Origin: Trichocoleus sp.
GTDB lineage: Bacteria > Cyanobacteriota > Cyanobacteriia > Phormidesmidales > Phormidesmidaceae
DNA length: 53,667 nt
Direction of reading: 5' to 3'
Assembly (NCBI GenBank): GCA_036702895.1
Contig: DATNQE010000603.1
Location: 1 to 53,667, forward strand
Position numbers and translations under genes: made by a program. Under the pieces are notes generated by a model. It was not told the origin of the DNA, searched no databases, and worked only from the letters and a program-made list of their open reading frames with translations. Below are positions 18,488 to 26,647 of the stretch, in pieces; within the stretch, counting starts at the first letter, position 1; each line of letters begins with the position of its first letter.

Positions 18488-19489
18488 ATGGCTACTACCT
18501 CTATTGCAGACATCATCGTTCCAGAGATCTGGGTGCCCTACATGCAGGAGCGCACGGCCCAGAAATCTGCCCTCTTCCAATCCGGCATCATTGAGCAGTC
18601 TGAGACCTACGACGCTCTGATCACCAAAGGCGCTAACACCGCCAACATGCCCTTCTTCAAAGACCTCTCTGGCCGCTCGCAGGGCCTAAGCGAAGACACT
18701 CCCCTCAACCCCAAGAAAATCGGCACTGGCGGCGATGTGTGCGTGATTCAGCGCCGGGGTGATGCCTGGAGCAGCTCCGACCTGGCCAAAGCGCTCTCTG
18801 GAGCTGACCCCGCCGGTGCGATCGCAGATTTGGTAGCAGACTACTGGGTGCGCGACATGCAAACCACCCTGCTGTGCATCCTCAAGGGCGTCTTTGGCTC
18901 CACGGCAATGGCAGCCGAGCATGTTCGCAACCTCGCCATTGAAGATGGCGCAGCTGCTACCGATGCCAATCTGATCAGCTCTGGCGGTGTGCTCGATGCC
19001 TTCAAGCTGATGGGCGACAAGCTTGATGCGTTCGCCGGTATTGCCATGCACGGCGATATCTATTGGGAGTTGGAGAAGCAGGACGTGATTGAGTTCCTGG
19101 CTCCAAGCGGGCAGAACGACCAGCCGATTCGCACCTACAAGGGCAAAACGGTGATCGTCGATGACACGATGCCCAAGGTAGCGGGCGGTACCAGCGGCTT
19201 CAAGTACACCACCTACCTCTTTGGCATGGACACCATCGCATACGGCGAAGGCACGCCCATGGGTGAGTTTGGCGAAGACATCTCGGTTGAAACCGACCGC
19301 GACATCCTGGCCGGTAAGGGTTATTTGACCAACCGCCGCCACTTCACGATGCACCCCAAAGGGGTCAAGTGGAAGGGCACTCTCGCAGGCGCTACCCCCA
19401 CCGACGCTGAGCTTGAAGCAGCAGCCAGCTGGGAGCGGGTGTTTGAGCGCAAGAACGTGCCGATCGCAGCCCTCGTCACCAACGGCTAA
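18488..19489 (+). CDS. Major capsid protein
   Basis: MATTSIADIIVPEIW..NMPFFKDLSG..GADP.GAIA..ETDRD..HPKG..WERV coat-protein pattern; size and position. Confidence 0.92.
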   Translation: MATTSIADIIVPEIWVPYMQERTAQKSALFQSGIIEQSETYDALITKGANTANMPFFKDLSGRSQGLSEDTPLNPKKIGTGGDVCVIQRRGDAWSSSDLAKALSGADPAGAIADLVADYWVRDMQTTLLCILKGVFGSTAMAAEHVRNLAIEDGAAATDANLISSGGVLDAFKLMGDKLDAFAGIAMHGDIYWELEKQDVIEFLAPSGQNDQPIRTYKGKTVIVDDTMPKVAGGTSGFKYTTYLFGMDTIAYGEGTPMGEFGEDISVETDRDILAGKGYLTNRRHFTMHPKGVKWKGTLAGATPTDAELEAAASWERVFERKNVPIAALVTNG

Positions 19490-19533
19490 GCACGCCTGAA
19501 CAGACCCTAGCAGACCCTATTGAGGCAAGAATC

Positions 19534-19926
19534 ATGGGACTAACAGGCTTTGAGCTGGCCCGGCGGCTGGCGCAAGCAAACGTTGACTACGAAGCGGCCC
19601 AGGCGCTGATTCGCTCGCAGGGCGCAGCTGCCCCCACGGCTGCGCCCACCGGCGAACCGAAGGATGATGAGCCCCCTGCCATCCCCCCGGCGCTGGCGCT
19701 GATCAATTCCGTTCATTCCGATGCATCGGAAAAACTGCTGCCCCTGCCAGGCATCGGCAACGGCAGCGCTCGCAAATTGCTAGAACGGCGACCCGCTGAG
19801 GGCTACAGCTCCCTAGAGCAGGCCGCTGAACTCAACCCCGAACTGGCCCAACGCCCGTTCAACGTCAAATGGCCTGCGATCGCAGCCTGGGAGCCAGAAG
19901 GAGAGAGAGATGGCCAAACTGAATAA
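19534..19926 (+). CDS. Helix-hairpin-helix domain protein
   Basis: LIN..LLPLPGIGNGSARKLLERRP..GYSS. Confidence 0.7.
   Translation: MGLTGFELARRLAQANVDYEAAQALIRSQGAAAPTAAPTGEPKDDEPPAIPPALALINSVHSDASEKLLPLPGIGNGSARKLLERRPAEGYSSLEQAAELNPELAQRPFNVKWPAIAAWEPEGERDGQTE
19716..19731. repeat. 16-bp palindrome TTCCGATGCATCGGAA, copy 2
   Basis: Exact copy, inside the HhH gene. Confidence 0.9.
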
Positions 19927-20467
19927 AGCTAATCGAGACCGACTGAAATCGCTGCGAAACCAGTACGGGCGTAAAGCCACCCGCCAGAGCGCCAAACAGA
20001 AGCAGGCCAAGCTGGATAGCACGGTGCGCTCCATCGAGCGTAGCGCCCGGCGCAAGGGAACCACCGTGACCCAAGCTGGAGCCCTCTCTGCGGCTCGGCG
20101 CTCCACCGGCATCGGCTACTCGGCCAAAGAGAAAAAGGCTGGGTCAGATTGGGCCAAGAAAATGGAGCGGCAGGAAAAGGCCAAAAAAGCGGCCAAACCT
20201 AAGGCTACTAAGGCCAAAACAGCAGCCAAACCTAAAGCAACCAAACCCAAGGCCACTAAGGCTAAAGCCACTAAACCCAAGGCGGCAGCCAAACCTAAGG
20301 CAGCGGCCAAGCCCAAGGCTACTAAGTCGGCGACCAAGTCCAAGCTCCCAATTGGAGCTAAGACCAAGGGTGCTAAGCGGGTGATGACTGCTGCCAAAGG
20401 TGGCGGTGGAAAAGGCGGCGGCGGTGGTCGCACCTACAACCGGGATAGCCGAGGGAGATTCGCCTAA
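19910..20467 (+). CDS. Histone H1-like Lys/Ala-rich basic protein
   Basis: Tandem KPKATK/KPKAAA repeats; C-terminal RDSRGRFA. Confidence 0.75.
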   Translation: MAKLNKANRDRLKSLRNQYGRKATRQSAKQKQAKLDSTVRSIERSARRKGTTVTQAGALSAARRSTGIGYSAKEKKAGSDWAKKMERQEKAKKAAKPKATKAKTAAKPKATKPKATKAKATKPKAAAKPKAAAKPKATKSATKSKLPIGAKTKGAKRVMTAAKGGGGKGGGGGRTYNRDSRGRFA

Positions 20468-20847
20468 TGCCCTGGGCACCAACGACCAAAGCTCGTGTGA
20501 TGGCGGCCCTACGGCTGCCCCAGGCGGCCCCCCGCTGGTGGGAGCTGGTGCAGGATGCGATGGACCGGGTTGAAGCTCTCAGCGGCGGCAGCTCCATCGG
20601 CTATGTCGAGGGGCTGCTCACGGCCATTGAGGCGGCAAAGGCTGCGATCGCATCTGGGGCCACCGATGCTGCCCTAATTCGTGCAGACGTTTTGGAGTGG
20701 CAGCCTGGCCAGCGCAATGCCGGTTTCTCGCAGGAGCTGGCCAGCAAGAAAGAAGACCTGATCTGCGCTCTCTTCACAGAGCCCGAGCAGGTTCAGATCC
20801 GGCGCATTGCCGGTGGCAGCGGCAACAAAGTGAGGATTCGTAGGTAA
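20467..20847 (+). CDS. Putative head-tail connector
   Basis: Position after capsid; RADVLEW; TAATG coupling. Confidence 0.5.
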   Translation: MPWAPTTKARVMAALRLPQAAPRWWELVQDAMDRVEALSGGSSIGYVEGLLTAIEAAKAAIASGATDAALIRADVLEWQPGQRNAGFSQELASKKEDLICALFTEPEQVQIRRIAGGSGNKVRIRR

Positions 20848-21335
20848 TGGATAAGTCAGCAGTCAAAGCCGCAGTAGAGAAGCACCTGGAGCGGGTCAGC
20901 AACCAACTGGCCCCGGTGCGCAGCTGGAAGCTCACCATCAAGTACGAGGCCCTGCCCGGTGACCATAAGAGCACCACGGAGGCCAGCTGCTCCTTCGACT
21001 ACGCCTATGAGGATGCGGTGATCCGCTTTGACCCAGAGGCCCACGACGATGAGAGGCATGTTGTTCGCAACCTGCGGCATGAGCTGATCCACCTGCTGCT
21101 GGCCCCTATTGAGGCCTATCGAGAGACGATCACGCCCATGCTCAGCGACGAGCAGAGCAGCGTTGAGTACCAGGCAGCCCGTGTGGCTGTAGAGCGCTGC
21201 GTGATGAACGTTGAGCGAGTTTTCGACTGGGGCCTAAATATTCCTCTGCTACCGGAAGAGGCCCCAGCTGAGGAGCCCCAGGCAGCTGAGCCCGAGGCCT
21301 CCGAGACTTCCGAGAGCGATCGCAAAGCTGAGTAA
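20847..21335 (+). CDS. HExxH zincin-like protein
   Basis: LRHELIHLL with downstream E. Confidence 0.55.
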   Translation: MDKSAVKAAVEKHLERVSNQLAPVRSWKLTIKYEALPGDHKSTTEASCSFDYAYEDAVIRFDPEAHDDERHVVRNLRHELIHLLLAPIEAYRETITPMLSDEQSSVEYQAARVAVERCVMNVERVFDWGLNIPLLPEEAPAEEPQAAEPEASETSESDRKAE

Positions 21336-21338
21336 CCA

Positions 21339-23096
21339 ATGGCTGACTACCGCAAGCTCGAAAACCTGGTAGAGCGCTATTCCAACGCCGTTGCCGGGCT
21401 CGACGCTGATGTGGTGGAACGGCTATCTGATGCGCTTGATGCCAGCTACCGCAACCTGGAGCGGGAGCTGCGCAAGATTTACCCAGAGTGGGAGAGCATG
21501 GGCAGCCTCTATGCTGCTCAGCGTCGCCTACTGCTGATGGAGCAGCTCAAGCCGGTGCTGGCCATGGTGCGGCCCGACCAGGAAGCTGAATACGAGGCCC
21601 TTTTCACCGAGGCCATACGGCTCAGCCACACCAGCGGCGCCACCCTGGCCGACGAGCTGGTGAACCTGGTAGAGCCGGGCTACCCGCTGCTGGAGTTCAG
21701 CACGATACCCATTGAGGCGGCGGCATTGCAGGCCCGCGACGGCATCCAGCGGCTGCGCAAGCACGATGAGGAGTTTCGCAGCCAGGCCAGTGCCATCGTG
21801 GAGCAGGGACTTTTGCAGGGTTGGGGGGCTGCCAAGGTGGCCCAGCAGCTAGCTAGTGAGCTGGGAGCCCTCAAGGCTAAGGCCGAGACTATCGGGCGCA
21901 CCGAGGTAATGTCGGCATTTAACGATTCGGCCCAGCAGCGCTATGAAGAGAACGGGCTGGAGGTGCAGGTCATCGTCACGCCGAGCGAGGCCCTTTGCAG
22001 CATCTGCGTGGCCCGCAACGGCAACGTTTACCCGGTCGGCAAAGTGCGAGTGCCATTTCACCCGAGATGCCGGTGCATCCTGCTGCCTTGGTCAAAGGCC
22101 TGGCAGGAGCTGGGCCTGGTCGATGAGCAGTTCATGCGCGATTACCGCCGCGACAACCTCATCAAGGCCAGGGCGCAGGGCATTGAGCCCGACTACCGGG
22201 CCAGTTACTGGGAGCGCAAAGCAGGCCAGCCGACGGCGCCCAAGCCCCTCTGGCAGCCTGCCAGCCGGGCCGAGGATGCCAAAGCCCAGCCGCAGCGCGA
22301 GCCCAAGCCCAAACAGCCCAAACCCAGCGACAACAGCGGGCCGGTGGTGGTTCGAGCAGGCCAGCCGACGGCGCCAGGGCCGCTGGTGCCGCCAGATCCC
22401 ACCAAGCTGCCAGCTGGCCACGCGGTTACCCTCAACCCCCGCATCGGCCCCAGCTCACTCGACGATGCGCTCGATGCGATCGCAACCCCAGGCGCAGCGC
22501 AGCGGGTGCAGCAGTTCCGCACGTTCGTCCAGAAGCACGATGTGCAGGCGGTTCTGCACGACACCAGCCAGCCCAAGAGGCCGCAGCTGGCCGATGTCAA
22601 GAAAAACCTGCGGTATCAGGGCTGGGCTAAAGGCAACGACTCAGTGCTCGCTGAGTACACCCAGCCAATGGAGGACACACTCGGCTACACTCACAGCGCT
22701 TTTGATCACGTTGTGGTGAGCGTTAATGGCAGCCGCAGTGGCACATTCCGAGTCAATGGTCAGCTGCTCAATATTTGGGCTGAGGAGATAATTGACGCCG
22801 AGCCGAGCTATTTCGCGGTGTCCAGCGTGCCACACCAGGACACTGCCGACTTTTTGGCCTACGTGCACGAGATGGGCCACCAGATTCACGATAAGGTGGG
22901 CAGCCCCAGGTACCCTGACACCTCACTCCTGAGCGCCACCAAGTACGGCTTGGAGGACGATAACGAGTGGTTTGCAGAGCACTTTAGCCTCTGGCTGCTT
23001 GATGCCGAGCGCTATCGACTGGCCGACCCGCTAGGGGCTAAGTTTGTGGAGGATACGCTACAGCAGGCGATTGCTGCTGAGAGGAGAGCCCGATGA
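21339..23096 (+). CDS. MuF (gpF-like) head morphogenesis protein with C-terminal metallopeptidase domain
   Basis: AETIGRTE..CSIC..PFHPRCRC MuF motif; Pro-rich linker; HEMGH..Y..EWFAE zincin. Confidence 0.85.
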   Translation: MADYRKLENLVERYSNAVAGLDADVVERLSDALDASYRNLERELRKIYPEWESMGSLYAAQRRLLLMEQLKPVLAMVRPDQEAEYEALFTEAIRLSHTSGATLADELVNLVEPGYPLLEFSTIPIEAAALQARDGIQRLRKHDEEFRSQASAIVEQGLLQGWGAAKVAQQLASELGALKAKAETIGRTEVMSAFNDSAQQRYEENGLEVQVIVTPSEALCSICVARNGNVYPVGKVRVPFHPRCRCILLPWSKAWQELGLVDEQFMRDYRRDNLIKARAQGIEPDYRASYWERKAGQPTAPKPLWQPASRAEDAKAQPQREPKPKQPKPSDNSGPVVVRAGQPTAPGPLVPPDPTKLPAGHAVTLNPRIGPSSLDDALDAIATPGAAQRVQQFRTFVQKHDVQAVLHDTSQPKRPQLADVKKNLRYQGWAKGNDSVLAEYTQPMEDTLGYTHSAFDHVVVSVNGSRSGTFRVNGQLLNIWAEEIIDAEPSYFAVSSVPHQDTADFLAYVHEMGHQIHDKVGSPRYPDTSLLSATKYGLEDDNEWFAEHFSLWLLDAERYRLADPLGAKFVEDTLQQAIAAERRAR

Positions 23097-23335
23097 GCGC
23101 AATGCGAAGAGCGGAAAGAGGGCAGCTACCCGATGATGCCAGCCCAGAGCTCAAAGAGGCCTGGGAGATTTTGCAGAGTAGCGATCGCTCCCCTGAAGCT
23201 TTGGCGCGGATGCAGGAGCTGCAGCGTCAGGCGACTGGCGACGATGAGGGAAATATCGGCTGGCTGATTGAGGGGTGGCTGGTGGGCGGTGGAATTGCCG
23301 CCGGGTTGAAAGCTGCGCAAGAGGCTGAGGGCTAA
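23093..23335 (+). CDS. Small protein, candidate immunity partner of the MuF toxin
   Basis: ATGA overlap with the MuF stop; small and acidic. Confidence 0.5.
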   Translation: MSAMRRAERGQLPDDASPELKEAWEILQSSDRSPEALARMQELQRQATGDDEGNIGWLIEGWLVGGGIAAGLKAAQEAEG

Positions 23336-23646
23336 CCCTGTATACATGCTTGCAAGCTTACAGGGTGCAACTGGCACATACCCCTCAGGGGCGTACTACA
23401 AATCGCGGACTAAAGTTGGACTTGTAGTACGTTTTTGCGTATTACAAAATCGGGCTCAAAGCTTTGATCTGCCGTTCAATGGCTCGGGAGCTGCTTAGTC
23501 CACCTCAAAACGCTCAAAGCTATTGATGCAAAAGGTTTTCAGCGTTTTTTAGGCCTTTGACTAGTTGCGTGAGGCGCAGCTAGTCATCTCTGGACTACCG
23601 GCAAAACCGAGCGCAACTGGCACATAGGGGCAGAGGTGCGATCGCG

Positions 23647-23847
23647 TCATGAACCGTTGCCACTAGGGATTGAAGGCGCTTGATCGCCTTCAATGATTGA
23701 CACAAGATTTTTCACGTCTTCATCGACCGGGGTTGCCTGCAGGTGATCTTTGCATCGCCAAATGCCGGGCTGCCCTACTTCGTTGACTCTAAAAACGGCA
23801 GCCCCACCTGTGGCCGGATTTGCCCCACAAATTTGACACTGCGCCAT
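23647..23847 (-). CDS. Small Cys/His zinc-binding-like protein
   Basis: CQIC..WRCKDH; AGGA upstream. Confidence 0.45.
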   Translation of the reverse strand: MAQCQICGANPATGGAAVFRVNEVGQPGIWRCKDHLQATPVDEDVKNLVSIIEGDQAPSIPSGNGS

Positions 23848-23897
23848 GCCAGATTCCTTGAAACCAGTAGCGTCAATCGCACCCCAATCCTAACAGC

Positions 23898-23906
23898 GGG
23901 CACTCT
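23898..23906 (+). promoter_or_regulatory. Box GGGCACTCT upstream of the neck/tail-completion block
   Basis: GGGCACTCTGGGGG, 43 nt before ATG 23941. Confidence 0.7.
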
Positions 23907-23916
23907 GGGGGTGTCA

Positions 23917-23932
23917 TTCCGATGCATCGGAA
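23917..23932. repeat. 16-bp palindrome TTCCGATGCATCGGAA, copy 3
   Basis: Exact copy, between a promoter box and ATG 23941. Confidence 0.9.
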
Positions 23933-23940
23933 AAAAAGCT

Positions 23941-24387
23941 ATGCCCATCCCACCCATCCAGCAGCTGCACCAGGCCCTGGCAGCCGTCGCCCCTATCGAG
24001 GGCGTTGCGGCCCTGGCCAATGGCAGCTATCGCATTGATTTTGCACCCAGTGCGACCACCGCGCAGCGCGACGAAGCTGAGGCCCTAGCGCAATCCTGGC
24101 AGCCCCAACCTGAGCAGGACTGGCACGGTTTTGTTGATGCGCTGGCTAGCGTCGCTGGCTTCTATGCCACGGTGGCGCAGTCTCCCATGTGCGCCTTTAT
24201 CACCGCTCGCATGGTGAGGCTGGCCAGCGGCGATACTTTCCATGGCGCAGCTGACCAGCTGCTGCAGATCTGGAATGCCGCCCCGCCTAACCTGACGGCG
24301 GCTCAGCGCGATGCGGTGCAGGCCCTGGCCGACGCCCACCACCTGCCTCTGACCCTGATCGCTACCAACCAAATCAAGGCCTGGTAA
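23941..24387 (+). CDS. Hypothetical virion/tail-fibre-associated protein
   Basis: LAAVAPIEGV..RIDF..ATTAQR..A resembles small proteins that usually follow tail-fibre genes (from memory). Confidence 0.5.
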   Translation: MPIPPIQQLHQALAAVAPIEGVAALANGSYRIDFAPSATTAQRDEAEALAQSWQPQPEQDWHGFVDALASVAGFYATVAQSPMCAFITARMVRLASGDTFHGAADQLLQIWNAAPPNLTAAQRDAVQALADAHHLPLTLIATNQIKAW

Positions 24388-24864
24388 ATGGTATCCCCCC
24401 TAGCCCAGTACGCCAACCTGAGCCTGCTGTTTCAGGTGCCGACCGGATCGCCGGTTGAGAATGCCGACGGGGATGTTGCGATCGCAACGGAGCCCCTGCC
24501 AGTGGTGGCCTATGTCAAGCAGCAGTCGAGGCGCAACACCCCCCGCCAGGATGGGGAGCTGTGCCAGGTCAACCTCAGCGGCTTCTACCTGGCCCCCCAA
24601 ATCATCCCGGCCACGGTCGAGGGTGAGTCGGTGGCTGAGGCCATCGAATGGGCGGTGGGGGATGGCTTTAGCCTGCCTGCCGAGGGCTGGGCTACGCTCG
24701 CAGAATATGAGGCCTTCATTGCGGCCAATGTGGCCCGCATCCGGCGGCGCAGCGAGTTTGTGTATGGACCAGGGCTGCTCAATCAGTTCGGCGTGGACCG
24801 GCTGCTGGGGCAGAAGCTGGAGGGCTATCTGATCCAGCGGGCCGAGTGGGTCAACAAGCTGTGA
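24388..24864 (+). CDS. Putative head closure / neck protein
   Basis: Position before the gpG/gpS-like gene; MVSPLAQYAN start. Confidence 0.5.
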   Translation: MVSPLAQYANLSLLFQVPTGSPVENADGDVAIATEPLPVVAYVKQQSRRNTPRQDGELCQVNLSGFYLAPQIIPATVEGESVAEAIEWAVGDGFSLPAEGWATLAEYEAFIAANVARIRRRSEFVYGPGLLNQFGVDRLLGQKLEGYLIQRAEWVNKL

Positions 24865-25274
24865 TTCGAGTCAAGATCAAGTCGGCCAGCACGCTCAAGA
24901 AGCTGGCAGATCTGGCGGATAAGGCCCGGCACATGGAGCGGCCGCTGCGGCAGGGCGCCCTCTACAAAGAGCGAGCAACCAAAAAGCAGTTTGCCAGTGA
25001 GACCGACCCAGATGGGGCCGCCTGGGCACCGCTGGCTCGCAGCACCCTCAGGCGGAAAAAGACCCGCTCGATCCTACGCGAGACCGGCTCGACGGCGGTT
25101 TCTGTGGCCATGGTCGGCCCCTCGGGCCTGGTTGTGCGCATCGTAGTAGGCACGGATTATGCGATCTACCACCAGACGGGCACGACTAAAATGCCGCAGC
25201 GCAAAATTCTGGGCTGGGCCGACCGCGACAGAGAAGCGATCGCGAAGATTTTCGAGGCCTACTTTAGCGTCTGA
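24861..25274 (+). CDS. Virion morphogenesis protein (Mu gpG / P2 gpS-like)
   Basis: F.SETDPDG.AWAPL..ST..IL.ETG..VGT.YA.YHQ.GT.KMPQRKILG; GTGA overlap. Confidence 0.88.
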   Translation: MIRVKIKSASTLKKLADLADKARHMERPLRQGALYKERATKKQFASETDPDGAAWAPLARSTLRRKKTRSILRETGSTAVSVAMVGPSGLVVRIVVGTDYAIYHQTGTTKMPQRKILGWADRDREAIAKIFEAYFSV

Positions 25275-25568
25275 AGAGGGGCTAGAAGCACTGGCCTGAG
25301 GCGGTTCTGGGGAATTAGGAGGAACCTCAATTTCCTGATATGCCTCATAGAGGAGAATGGCTATCTCAACCAGGATGACGGCTATGCAGAGACCATTGCC
25401 GATGACCTTACCGATGGCCTCGTAACGATCTAGGGCCTGTTGGCTGAAGAATGCGCCGTAGTAAGCGTTCCAGACTTTGCGGGAGTCTTTGCGAGCCTGG
25501 CGGGTGCAGATGGCCAGGGTGCTCAAAGCGGATTGAGCAGTGATGCTCAGCGAATCAGAGTATTTCAT
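25074..25568 (-). CDS. Hypothetical single-TM protein (antisense insert)
   Basis: MKYSDS.. with hydrophobic GLCIAVILVEIAILLY; the 3' part overlaps the gpG-like gene by about 200 nt, so the extent is doubtful. Confidence 0.4.
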   Translation of the reverse strand: MKYSDSLSITAQSALSTLAICTRQARKDSRKVWNAYYGAFFSQQALDRYEAIGKVIGNGLCIAVILVEIAILLYEAYQEIEVPPNSPEPPQASASSPSSDAKVGLENLRDRFSVAVGPAQNFALRHFSRARLVVDRIIRAYYDAHNQARGADHGHRNRRRAGLA

Positions 25569-25781
25569 GTGGGGAAAAGCTTTTAGGTGGTTGAAGTGAG
25601 GCGGGGTGACAACCAATCCCTTTCGATAGTTTGTTGTTGACGGAGCACAAACCGGCGGGAGCCGAAAATGAAACCGCTCGGGCGCGCTTATTAGGCATAG
25701 ACCGTCCCGAGAAGGGATATTTGGTTGTCCAAAGGTTTTGGGTGGAGCCCTGTAGCGGTGGGCTTTCTCTACAGAAGCATA

Positions 25782-25790
25782 GGGAACACT
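25782..25790 (+). promoter_or_regulatory. Box GGGAACACT upstream of the gp37-like gene
   Basis: 48 nt before ATG 25830. Confidence 0.7.
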
Positions 25791-25829
25791 GCGATCGCAA
25801 CCCCCTTTCACCCTCTTCACAGAAACCTC

Positions 25830-26363
25830 ATGGATCTCGGCCCTGCAGAGCAATCGATCAAAACCCGGCTGGCCCCCCTCAAGGCCCTGGGCCTGCGCAC
25901 CCTGCCAGAGACAGCAGCTGAGCAGGGCGTGATGAGTGGCAATGGCACCTTGAGCCTAATGTGGATGTCTGATGAACCTGGCGGCGCCACCGACACGATG
26001 AGCCGAATGCAGGACTGTGTGAGCAATTGGGAGGTTGATGGGCGCGTGAAAGGCCTGCGCAACCCCGAGCAGGGGCTCCTCAAAATACGGCAGCTGCTCT
26101 ACTACCTGACCATCGGCTTCAAGCCCGACGGCTGCGGCCCCCTCTATGCAACAGGCTTTCAGTTTTTGGACCGTGAAAACAATTACTGGCGGTTCAAATA
26201 CCAGATGGCCTGCAAGAGCAAGCTCATAGGCCTCGGCATGGAGGAGCCCGGCGATCTGGGCGTGAACGTGGCCGAAATCTTCTTCGAGGTGCCTCAAATC
26301 ACCGACCAGTGGGGCGTGAGCACCAGCCAGGGCGACCTTCCACTACCGCCCCCAATTATCTAG
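25830..26363 (+). CDS. Tail terminator (Mu gp37-like)
   Basis: LTIGFKPDGCGPLY..FQFL....YWRF; precedes the sheath. Confidence 0.65.
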   Translation: MDLGPAEQSIKTRLAPLKALGLRTLPETAAEQGVMSGNGTLSLMWMSDEPGGATDTMSRMQDCVSNWEVDGRVKGLRNPEQGLLKIRQLLYYLTIGFKPDGCGPLYATGFQFLDRENNYWRFKYQMACKSKLIGLGMEEPGDLGVNVAEIFFEVPQITDQWGVSTSQGDLPLPPPII

Positions 26364-26371
26364 GGAACACT
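26363..26371 (+). promoter_or_regulatory. Box GGGAACACT upstream of the sheath operon
   Basis: Overlaps the upstream stop; 36 nt before ATG 26399. Confidence 0.72.
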
Positions 26372-26398
26372 GCGGGGGATAAGAATTTTGGCCCCGCC

Positions 26399-26647
26399 AT
26401 GCCCAGATATCTCTACACCGGCCCTCGCACCGCCATCAGCCTTCCCCCCAAAACCGAAGGCCAGCCGCCCCAGGAGGTCGCTCTCATCCCCCATCAGGAG
26501 GTGGAGCTGCCTGCTGAGCTGCCCTATGTGCAGCGCCTGGTAAGCAAAAGCCAGCTAGTTGCGATCGCAGATGCAGAGCCTGAGGCACCGGCGGAGCCCA
26601 AGCCCGCACGCCGCACCACCCGCACTAAGGAAGAGGGGGATAGTTAA
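26399..26647 (+). CDS. Small pre-sheath protein
   Basis: YLYTGP..EVELP....YVQRLV; TAATG coupling to the sheath. Confidence 0.7.
   Translation: MPRYLYTGPRTAISLPPKTEGQPPQEVALIPHQEVELPAELPYVQRLVSKSQLVAIADAEPEAPAEPKPARRTTRTKEEGDS

Noticed and set aside
23336-23646. CRISPR or mini-array
   Set aside because: Repeats are short, irregularly spaced and in mixed orientation; no cas genes
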